Source of the DNA: Octopus vulgaris
Taxonomy: Eukaryota
DNA length: 64,000 bases
Assembly (NCBI GenBank): GCA_951406725.2
Contig: OX597816.1
Coordinates: 27,218,001-27,282,000 of the forward strand
Reading direction: 5' to 3'
Shown: positions 10,779-21,195 of the stretch, piece after piece
Numbering within the stretch: the first letter of the stretch is position 1
Layout of the letters: every line of letters starts with the position of its first letter
Position numbers and translations under genes: made by a program
Notes under the pieces: model-generated
The model's database searches: none
Seen by the model: the letters and a program-made list of their open reading frames with translations, nothing else
Told to the model about the DNA's origin: nothing

Positions 10779-12519
10779 CTAAATAGAGAAAAACACAATT
10801 ACTTAACCCTTTCGTTACCGTATTTATTTTGGGATGCTCTGTGTTTCTTTCAATTACTTTAAATATAACAAAGAATTTGGTAAAATAACTTCATTATCAT
10901 TAAGCTAGAGTTAGGAACATAAATTGTGACCAAGGTTTGGTGGAAGATTTTAATTCAAAACTTATGAAAACAAGACATTTGTGCTACAGAGCCACAGCCG
11001 GTTTCAGCCGGGTTGGTAATGAAATGGTTAAGTAGGACGGATGAAATGGTTAATCAGTTTACATTTATTTTGGAAGGCTTTTCATAGACTGCTGCATATT
11101 TTGATTCACAGACTAAAACAGATGAGAATATTATTTCTATTGGTTTAATCATGAAGAAAGGTAGGGCCCACAGCTTTCACATACTGTCTCAGGTTTCCTC
11201 TTTGATATTTATCTTTTACCAGGCACTTGTTTCAGTCACCAGTCTGAGGCTATCCTAGGGCACTGCCTTGAATTTGTTTAGTCAAATGAATTGACCCCAG
11301 GACGCTGAACTGTTAAGTTACAGAGATATAAACAAACCAACACTGGTTATCAAGCAGTGATGGGAAAAAACACACACATATATATAAATACGATGGGCTT
11401 CTTTCAGTTTCCGCAAATCAAATCCACTCACAAAGCTTTGGTCAGCTAGTATGTTCAAAATTGTTGTTATAGTGTTAATTTTTTTAGAGTATGCTATGTC
11501 GATTTTCTTTAAACTGAAGTAATTAATCCTGAGTTCAAATCCTACAATGGTTGACAAATATTTTATCCATCCAAAATGGTTCAACGAAAGCTATTTCATA
11601 TCTTCTATATTCCCAATATTAAGAGATACTTTTATTCTTTACTAAAACAGACATTTATTCTTTGCTAAAACAGACATCATTGAAGTCTCCAGAGTTATGG
11701 AAGCAACTTATGGGCCACTGACACCTACTAGAAAGACTTTTGCTAGTATTAATAAGTTATTTGATGAAACAGGTAGTGTTTTGGATGGCCAAAATCTGTT
11801 CAAACAAATGAAAATAATGCTTGAGAACTGAGTTAGACAATTCTCCACAATAATCCAAATCATTAAGACATTTATCAGACCTTCTGAACATTTCAAAGAC
11901 TTTTTTCAAGATGCTTCTCATCATCATCATCATCGTCCGTTCTCCATGCTAGCATGGGTTGGATGGTTCGACCGGGGATCTGGGAAGCCAGAAGGCTGCA
12001 CCAGGCTCAAGTCTTATCTGGCAATGTTTCTACAGCTGGATGCCCTTCCTAACGCCAACCACTCCGTGAGTGTAGTGGGTGCCTTTTACGTGCCACCTGC
12101 ACAGGTGCCAGGCGAGGCTGGCAACGGCCACGGTTGGATTGGTGCATTTTACGTGCCACCGGCATGGAAGCCAGTCGAGGCGGCGCTGGCATTGGCCACG
12201 ATTCGGATAGTGCTTTTTATGTACCACCTGTCCAGGGCTCCTGGCATCTGCCGGGTGCCAGTCATAGGATTGGTTCAATTTCGATTCCGATTTCACTTGC
12301 CCCAATAGGTCTTCGCAAGCAAAGGGGGGTTGGCATGGGTGCCTGTCGTCGGATGAGGTTCGATATCGACTTCGCTTGCCTCAACAGGTCTTTGTGTGTC
12401 CAAGGGAGGAAAGGCATGCATAAGTGGGCTGGACTCACTTGTCCTGCCTGGTCTTCTCACGTACAGCATATTTCCAAAGGTCTCGGTCGCTTCTCCATGA
12501 TATAAAACTGTATCTCTAT

Positions 12520-14399
12520 ATCTCTCATTTGATTCATGGAAAATGATCCAGATCATTGCTTGCAGTTTGCAGATGAATGGCTGGACAAGTTGAACAATGA
12601 CCCAACATTGGAAGAACATGTCAGGGGTGATGAGTCAAAATTTTATGTTTCGGGGAGTATTGTTCAGCATAACTGTGTATACTGGAGACAAGAAAATCCT
12701 CAAATCATGATTGAGTATGACCACAAGAGTCCTGGTATAATGGTGTGGAGGCGCAATGGCCCAGTGGTTAGGGCAGCGGACTCGCGATCATAGGATCGCG
12801 GTTTCGATTCCCAGACCGAGCGTTGTGAGTGTTTATTGAGCGAAAAAACCTAAAAGTTCCACGAGGCTCCGGCAGGGGGGGGGGGGGGTGATCCCTCCTG
12901 TACTCTTTCACCACAACTTTCTCTTACTCTTACTTCCTCTTTCTGTTGTACCTGTATTTCAAAGGGCCGGCCTTGTCACTCTCTGTGTCACGCTGAATAT
13001 CCCCGAGAACTGCGTTAAGGGTACACGTGTCTGTGGAGTGCTCAGCCACTCACACGTTAATTTCACGAGCAGGCTGTTCCGTTGATTCGGATCAGCCGGA
13101 ACCGACGGAGTGCTTCCAAAAAAAAAAAAAAGTATAATGGTGTGGGCAGGTGTGAGCTACAACGGACTCATGGGGCCATTCTTTATTGAAGGTGACGTAA
13201 ATGGGGTCACGTATCTGAAACTCTAACAAAACCAAGCTCTCCCTAAGTTAAAAGAACAAAGACTTTGAAGAATTATGGTGGCAGCAGGATAGTGCTTCCC
13301 CACATTATTCACTGGTTGTCTGTGACTGGATGAATAAAATTTTCCCCGAATCTTTGGATTGGGAGGCAAGGGCCTGCGGAGTGGCTGGTTCGCTCACCTG
13401 AGCCCCAGACTTTTGTTTTGCGAGGTTATCTAAAAGATTGTGTCTATCATCAGAAGATTAACCATACTCTTTACTCTTTTACTTGTTTCAGTCATTTGAC
13501 TGCGGCCATGCTGGAGCACCGCCTTTAGTCGAGCAAATCAACCCCGGGACTTATTCTTTGTAAGCCCAGTACTTATTCTATCAGTCTCTTTTGCCGAACC
13601 ACTAAGTGACGGGGACGTAAACACACCAGCATCGGTTGTCAAGCAATGCTAGGGGGACAAACACACACACATATATATATATATAAATACATACGACAGG
13701 CTTCTTTCAGTTTCCGTCTACCAAATCCACTCACAAGGCATTGGTCGGCCTGGGGCTATAGCAGAAGACACTTGCCCAAGATGCCACGCGGTGAGACTGA
13801 ACCCAGAACCATGTGGCTGGTTAGCAAGCTACTTACCACACTGCCACTCCTGGTCAAAATGTTTCAGTATAGTTAGAAGCCTATGTTGTAGCAGAAGGAG
13901 GCCAGTTGACCATGAAATGGAAAACCGATTTAACTAAGCAGTGCATTCATGTGGAGGCGCAATGGCCCAGTGGTTAGGGCAGAGCACTCGCGGTTTCGAT
14001 TCCCAGACCGGGCGTTGTGAGTGTTTATTGAGTGAAAACACCTAAAGCTCCACGAGGCTCTGGCAGGGGATGGTGGTGATCCCTGCTCTACTCTTTCACC
14101 ACAACTTTCTCTCACTCTTACTTCCTGTTTCTGTTGTACCTGTATTTCAAAGGGCCGGCCTTCTCACTCTCTGTGTCACGCTGAATATCCCCAAGAACTG
14201 CGTTAAGGGTACATGTGTCTGTGAAGTGCTCAGCCACTTACACATTAATTTCACGAGCAGGCTGTTCCGTTGATCGAATCAACCGGAACCCTCGTCGTCG
14301 TAACCGACGGAGTGCTTCCACACGCATTCATTAACTTTGTACATTTGTGTACTTATAGGCATATAAATAAATATAACCAACAAGTGAGTCCATCCTGTA
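12520..14399 (+). pseudogene. Decayed Tc1/mariner (DDxD, rosa/maT-like) transposase interrupted by three SINEs
   Basis: GDESKFYVSG..QHNCVYWRQENP..GIMVW|AGVSYNGLMGPFFIEGDVNGVTYL..WWQQDSASPHY..WIGR..W..RSP..DF..GYLKD, with stops and frameshifts. Confidence 0.8.
12749..13131 (+). mobile_element. tRNA-derived SINE (octopus OR-like head tgtggaggcgcaatggcccagtggttagggcagcggactc) with poly-A tail; related copies at about 2577-2884(+), 6803-7069(-), 9795-10300(+), 13950-14320(+), 22570-22875(+), 40330-40626(-), 55608-55905(+), 62410-62662(-)
   Basis: A-box/B-box tRNA-like head (tggcccagtggt...gtttcgattcc), 14-bp TSD gtataatggtgtgg, multiple copies. Confidence 0.85.
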
Positions 14400-14464
14400 C
14401 AATTATTGTGGGACAAAAATATGTTTTAAAAAAATAACAAACATTATAAAAACAAAACTCCTAC

Positions 14465-14596
14465 CTCTAACTCTTCTTGATCATCAGGTGTAAGGGCAGA
14501 AGTCTCCAACATGCATTCAATCACAGGCTCAGGGACTAAATTGGTTTCAAGAAGTTGTCTGTTGTCTTTTAAGACTTTATGTAAATATTTATTCAT
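14465..14596 (-). CDS. CARD domain exon 1 (helices 1-3); exon begins at acceptor 14622
   Basis: Poly-T...gaatatag acceptor, Kozak-like gccaaaATG, MNKYLHKVLKDNRQLLETNLVPEPVIECMLETSALTPDDQEELE, donor gag|gtagga. Phase 0 joins 10778 in frame. Confidence 0.82.
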
Positions 14597-14742
14597 TTTG
14601 GCAGATGAAAATTGCAGATTATCTATATTCAAAAAAAAAAAAAAATTATCGGGGGAATAAAAACAACCCCTGACTAAATAAGCAGATAAACTGTTTTCTC
14701 TTTAACTACATTCATTTATATGTTTTGTTAGTTGGTTTAGAT

Positions 14743-15424
14743 GAGGGCTGGCCAACCTGAGGCCTGCGGGCCACATGCAGCCTGCAGACTTTTATCTTGC
14801 AGCCCGCTTTCTTGAAATGTATTTATTTAAACAAACATTTTAAAAATTTTATCAAAAATTAAAGACTGTAATGAAAAGCAAAACAGAAAGACACTACTGC
14901 GTGGCATCTTGGGCAAGTGTCTTCTGCTATAGCCCCGGGCCGACCAATGCCTTGTGAGTGGATTTGGTAGACGGAAACTGAAAGAAGCCTGTCGTATGTA
15001 TATATATATATATGTGTGTGTGTGTATGTGTTTGTCCCCCTAGCATTGCTTGACAACCGATGCTGGTGTGTTTATGTCCCCGTTACTTAGCGGTTCGGCA
15101 AAAGAGACCGATAGAATAAGTACTGGGCTTGCAAAAGAATAAGTCCTGGGGTCGAGTTGCTCGATTAAAAGGCGGTGCTCCAGCATGGCCGCAGTCACAT
15201 GACTGAAACAAGTAAAAGAGTACTGGTTTTGCAGCGATAATATTTCGTGATGAATCAACATTCATTCATCCATTATTGTAATAATAACATGAGGAAGCAA
15301 AATCTTTTCAATTCTGCCAGCAGTGATTATTTGACTTTTAGTGCATAAAACATACAAGCGACCCCTCAAAAAAACTTTCTGTGATTAAAGTGGTCCGCAA
15401 TGTAATTCGAGTTGGTCAGGCCTG
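14743..15424. mobile_element. hAT-type MITE (agggctggccaac...gttggtcaggcctg) interrupted by a SINE; its 3' end is duplicated at about 15826-15862
   Basis: TIR-like ends and ggcccgc-type subterminal motifs. Confidence 0.6.
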
Positions 15425-17247
15425 CTCTAAAGTATACCTATTTCTTTACTACCCACAAGGAGCTAAACACAGAGAGGACAAACAAATTAAGTCGGTTATA
15501 TCGACCCCAGTCCGTAACTGGTACTTATTTTAATCGACCCCGAAAGGATGAAAGGCAAAGTCGACCTCGGCGGAATTTGAACTCAGAACGTAATGGCAGA
15601 CGAAATACCGCTAAGCATTTCGCCCGGCGTGCTCTAGAGTATACTAACAACGTACTATTCAAAGTAACGTGTGATATGGACCAGCCCCTGAGGCGCTAAG
15701 TACTCATAGGGTTGGGTTTTTTTTTTTTATTCTGTGTGCATAACCGAAATATCCTATCTGATATTTCGACTCTCACCAACCACAGGTCGGAACCACAGAC
15801 ACTTCCCAACCTCACCTGGTGTATAAAGTGGTCTGCAATGTAATTTGAGTTGGTTAGGCCTGGTTTAGACCATTATTCAGTTCTATGGAACTACTTCCTT
15901 TATTTCTTTACTTTCGCATATAATGACAACACAATTTACATGATTACATTACACCTGCGTAATACAAAAAAAAGCTACGCTTCATTTAGTATTTTAGATA
16001 AAACAATTGAGCAAAAAGAAAATTTAGACATAACTGCAATTATTTACAAACTATATAAAAACACGTGGTCTGGCAAAGTAAAGAATACTATTCAGAAACA
16101 TTGTAACTTAAAAACTCACCCAAGAACTGTATCGAGATGTATGTGCTTATATAAAAAGTTGCGTATATGAGAATATATATTCAAGGCATTAATTACTTAA
16201 TTAGGGTCCTATCTGTGATAATTATATTTGAGTTGAGCAGTGCTGGTGTAGTAGTAGACGGTGTAAACTGTAATAAGTACGCTACAAACAAAATCTCAGT
16301 AATAGAGGTGCGTACTTCTCAAAGGGGATATTTTCTGATAACTCTTTACTCTCTTTTACTTGTTTCAGTCATTTGACTGTGGCCATGCTGGAGCACCGCT
16401 TTTAGTCGAGCACATCGACCCCCCAGGACTTATTCTTTGTAAGCCTAGTACTTATTCTATCGGTCGCTTTTGCCGAACCGCTAGGTCATGGGGACGGACA
16501 AACACAGACAGACAAACATATACACACATATATATATATATATATATATATGACGGGCTTCTTTCAGTTTCCGTCTACTAAATCCACTCGGCCCGAGGCT
16601 ATAGTAGGAGACACTTACCCAAGGTGCCACGCAGTGGGACTGAACCCGGAACCATGTGGGTAGTAAACAAGCTACTTACCACACAGCTACTCCTACGCCT
16701 ATGAAATTTTTGAAATTTTAAAACTAAGTGAAAATTTCCAAATTTGTTATGTTGATGTATTTTCACGCTGAATCTGTTGTTGTTATTCACTTGTTCCAGA
16801 AAAGTTTTAGAAAAATGTGAGAGAGGTTTAAAGTTTGATAATTTTTATCCGAAAAGATGACTCAAATGCATCTCATTCATTCACATGATGGAGATGCTGA
16901 ATAAGTTATCCACCGACGTTTGCCATGGGCAAATCTTCAGAAAGTTTAGCAATTGCAAAAAGTAGACAGCGCATTCAGTATCGATCTGAATATAAACAAG
17001 AAATTCCAAATGTATTTTAACAGTAAATTGTCACAAACTCTGCGTCAGTTTTCTCCCAACGTCTCTGTCGGAGATGGTCCATTTTGGAAAGGAGAGAATG
17101 TGGCGAGGATCTTTCGGAGGAAGTATATCAACACTGGAAAGATCGCCGATTTAACATATTAAATACCTAAAATTTGATTTAACATATAGTTCAGAGGACT
17201 ATATTAAAGCTGAAATTTTAATAATTATCTCCTTTATCAGTCTGGAG

Positions 17248-17444
17248 CAGTGCTTTTCAACCTTTTTGCTGGAGCGGAACCCAAAGAAAACATTCCACTG
17301 GCTCGAGGAACCCCTGTGCAATAATTTAATTGTCTTATGCACACATATCTGCACAGGAGAATTAAAAATTACTGTCGATTTTAGCATTTTTGTAACTTCT
17401 TGCGGAACTCTAAGGTTCCACGGAACCCTGGTTGAAAAGCACTG
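17248..17444. mobile_element. hAT-type MITE (CAGTG..TTTCAAC TIR, 8-bp TSD) in the divergent promoter interval; other copies at 23985-24203 and 36112-36330
   Basis: Exact TSD gtctggag; the other copies have TSDs with one mismatch (cccgacat/ccctacat, gtctgact/gtctaact). Confidence 0.88.
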
Positions 17445-17779
17445 GTCTGGAGAATGTTCTCATTATCAAATAGGTAAGCCGAAAAATAAAGACTGGAAAA
17501 TTAATATTTTTAACAATATATTTTTAAAATATGAAATAAACACGAAAAAAAGCAAAAAAAAACGACACTCAAGTTGTCACTGGTATTTTAGTTTTCCCAT
17601 GAATAGTACCTAACAAGATTTGATTAAATTTCGTATATTACATTTATATAGCCTTGAAAAGGTTAAACATTTTTTTGAAATCCTACACTTAATTAAGAAG
17701 GTAACTATTTTCGGGTAACACCGTTGTACATCATTTCATACAAACTTTCACGTTTTGTATTTTATGGCAAATATTTGTT

Positions 17780-17827
17780 ATGACTAAACGAAAATATTCT
17801 GCGACTGTAACAACCGAAAGTTCCAAG
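17780..17827 (+). CDS. NOL6: NOL6 coding exon 1 ([16 protein letters not shown])
   Basis: ATG, KRK basic motif, donor aag|gtacgt, phase 0. Not conserved, so less certain. Confidence 0.7.
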
Positions 17828-20800
17828 GTACGTATCTTTTGTATTTATCATGTTTATAAATTTAATTCTGCCATATGCTATGAAAATATTAACATTTTTT
17901 TATCTCTCTGTTTTGATTTTTTTCTCTCCTTCCAACATTCCACGTGGTTAATTCACATCATTTGAAAATTTTGCAATTCAGTCGTCTTCATGTTAATCTT
18001 TTAGTTACAGAATATCAAGGCAGCCGATTAGTGTTTTTTAAAGGAAAACTGTTAATATTCCCTGTTTATTTTAGTTATGAAAGTATTTTTCAAGGCGCAG
18101 GAGTGGCTGTATGGTAAGTAGCTTGCTAACCAACCACATGGTTCTGGGTTCAGTCTCACCGCGTGGCATCTTGGGCAAGTGTCTTCTGCTATAGCCCCAG
18201 GCCGACCAATGCCTTGTGAGTGGATTTGGTAGACGGAAACTGAAAGAAGCCTGTCGTATATATATATGTATGTGTGTGTGTTTGTCCCCCTAGCATTGCT
18301 TGACAACCGATGCTGGTGTGTTTACGTCCCCGTCACCTAGCGGTTCGGCAAAAGAGACCGAAAGAATAAGTACTGGGCTTACAAAGAATAAGTCCCTGGG
18401 TCGATTTGCTCGACTAAAGGCGGTGCTCCAGCATGGCCGCAGTCAAATGACTGAAACAAGTAAAAGAGTAAGTATTCAGGTTGCATAACAAAATATTTCC
18501 TGCTAAACAATGTTTCCGAAAAGTTTTTACTATAACATAACTTTCAACTTTTAGTAACGCAAACAATTAAAGGATGTGTCTTTAAAGTAATGTTCAGAAT
18601 TTATGTAGAAAATTGAGGTATTGTATTTTGTATTTCTCCAGAAACTCAGAGCTGTATGACGATGAAGACTTCGTTTATTCTGTTCAAATAATTTCGTTAC
18701 TCTGTTGAAAAGTTTACCTGAAGTGGTCCTCCTTGATTAACCACAAACGATATCGGATCTTTTCGGTTTGAACGGCAGTTTTTTCTAGCGGTGTCATATG
18801 AAATTGTCACCCATAATTATGACCCTAGTATCGATCTATTGCATTTCGATCTGTTTTAGGGTTAGGGGTGGGGGAAGGGTATCTTTTTTGTCTTCACAAA
18901 TGTAAATAAACCCAATCTTTCTTAAACGAGGGACATATTCATATGGCACAGAATGCTTTTTAACTCAATAGACGTCAGTGATTGGTTGAAATCGCAGAAA
19001 TTGAAGGAAAAAACCCAACAAATATCTTACAAACCATAGAATTTTCTCAATAAAGCCAAGAGAAAAATATGTTTTATAAACACATTCTACCAGTATACGA
19101 AGTTTAAAAGTGTTTAGTTACGTTGAAATTATTCTAAAAGAACTACCGTTCAAACCGAAAAGATCCACGATATCTATTGCAGAAGACATTCGTGATCATA
19201 TTTCCTACATAGATTCTTAGTACGTTGGAAATGCTAAACAGGAAATAGAGCACCTGAAGAATTGTCACCTCAAACGACAGAGAATATAATTAGATTCGGA
19301 TAACATAAATCTATTTATATTTTGCATCTTTTTGTGGAAGTTAAAACCTGTATTGTGTTATGAAATTAACTTGAATATAATAATTACATAGATAATATTA
19401 CAACAGGGATGAGGATAGTTGTATGAAAAAGTGCCACACCCTAGCAGTTGAGGGAACCTGTGGAAGAGGTAGACCCAGGAAAACCTGGGATGAGGTGGTG
19501 AAGCACGACCTTCGAACATTAGGTCTCACCAAGGAAATGACCAGAAACTGAGACCTTTGGAAGTACACTGTGCGTGGGAAGACCCAGCTGGACAAGTGAG
19601 ACCATAACCTGTGGCCTCTACCTGGGACATAGCCTGCCCACTTATGCATACCTTTCCTTCTTGTGACACAAACCCTACTTGTGTAGACCTGAAAATCAAA
19701 ATCGATCAACGTCAATGGAAATTGTAGCTGTGATACCAGTGCCGATGGCACGTAAGAGAACCATCCGAACGTGGCCGTTGCCAGTGCCGCCCCGACTGGC
19801 CTCCGTGCCGGTGGCACGTAAAATGCACCATCCGATTGTGGCCGTTGCCAGCCTCGTCTGGCTCCGTGCCGGTGGCACGTAAAAAGCACCCTCCGATTGT
19901 GGCCGTTTGCCAGCCTCGTCTGGCACCTGTGCAGGTGGCACGTAAAAAGCACCCACTACACTCACGGAGTGGTTGGCGTTAGGAACGGCATCAAGCTGTA
20001 GAAACACTGCCAGATCAGACTGGGCCTGGCGCAGCCTTCTGGCTTCCCAGACCCCAGTTGAACCGTCCAACCCATGCTAGCATGGAAAATGGACGTTAAA
20101 CGATGATGATGATGATATCTATTTGTTATGTGTTATAATAGTGATGGTGTTCAGTAAATACAGGTCAGTTTTAATCAAGCAAACTGCTTATTAAAGTTGT
20201 TGCATCTGTGATAATCACGTCTTTTTCAATATCGAACTACATTCAACATGCCCTTATTTAAGATCTTATAGTGTGATTTGAGAGAAATTAGCCTAGCAAG
20301 GTGAGGGACCGCGTAGAAACTCTTGGTGGCTATCGTAGTAAGCTGGTGGTACTTGTGTACTTCTGAAGGTAATGATACTGGTGGTATGTACTAACCTCTC
20401 CATCATCTCACCTAATACTTTATCACAGCAAGTGTTGTCAACTCATTCATCGCTCCACGATCGTCAGCCTGCTAAATGTGGCAGTTCTTTATGTGATTCT
20501 CGGAAAATTTTTACACATTATTGCTGTGAAATGGAATTGAATCAGCAATACTGTTTAATTTCCATTGCCCAATGAAGGGCATGGGTATCGCATAATCCCC
20601 CCATTCCCATATAATTACATAACCAGTAAGGACTAAAATCCCATTTTAACAAATTTAAAAAGAAAAGGGAAGGGCATTGGATTATGTAGTTCTAAAAGTA
20701 TTATGTCTTAATGAAATATATCAGCCACATCAAGTACATCAACATCAAAATAAATATCAAATGGAAATAGTAGGTGGCACGTAAAAAGCACCATCCAAAC

Positions 20801-21160
20801 GTGGCTGATGCCAGCGCTGCCTTGACTGGCTTCTGTGCTGGTGGCACGTAAAAAGCACCAACCGATCGTGGCGCTGCCAGCCTCCCCTGGCACCTGTGCC
20901 GGTGGCATGTAAATAGCACCCACTACACTCATGGAGTGGTTGGCGTTAGGAAGGGCATGCAGCTGTAGAAACACTGCCTGATCAGACTGGAGCCTGGTGC
21001 AGCCTCCTGGCTTCCCAGACCCTGGTCGAACTGTCCAACCCATGCTAGCACGGGAAATGGACGTTAAATGATGATGATGATATCTTAATGACTTCAAAAT
21101 TTTTCTGAAAAAAGAATAGAAATGAGATGATCATGATAACCTTTTTTTCTTTTTGAAATT

Positions 21161-21195
<35 letters not shown>

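Larger units (their letters stand above)
14623..17779. promoter_or_regulatory. Interval containing the divergent (probably shared) promoter of NOL6 and the CARD/POLR1D unit
   Basis: Inferred from head-to-head gene geometry. TSSs and the minus-strand first exon are not resolvable; there is a candidate donor cag|gtgagg at 15815. Confidence 0.5.

Noticed and set aside
16700-17170. Possible extra gene or exon in the promoter interval
   Set aside because: No sustained ORF or recognisable motif. Possibly an old DNA-transposon fragment, but I cannot classify it.
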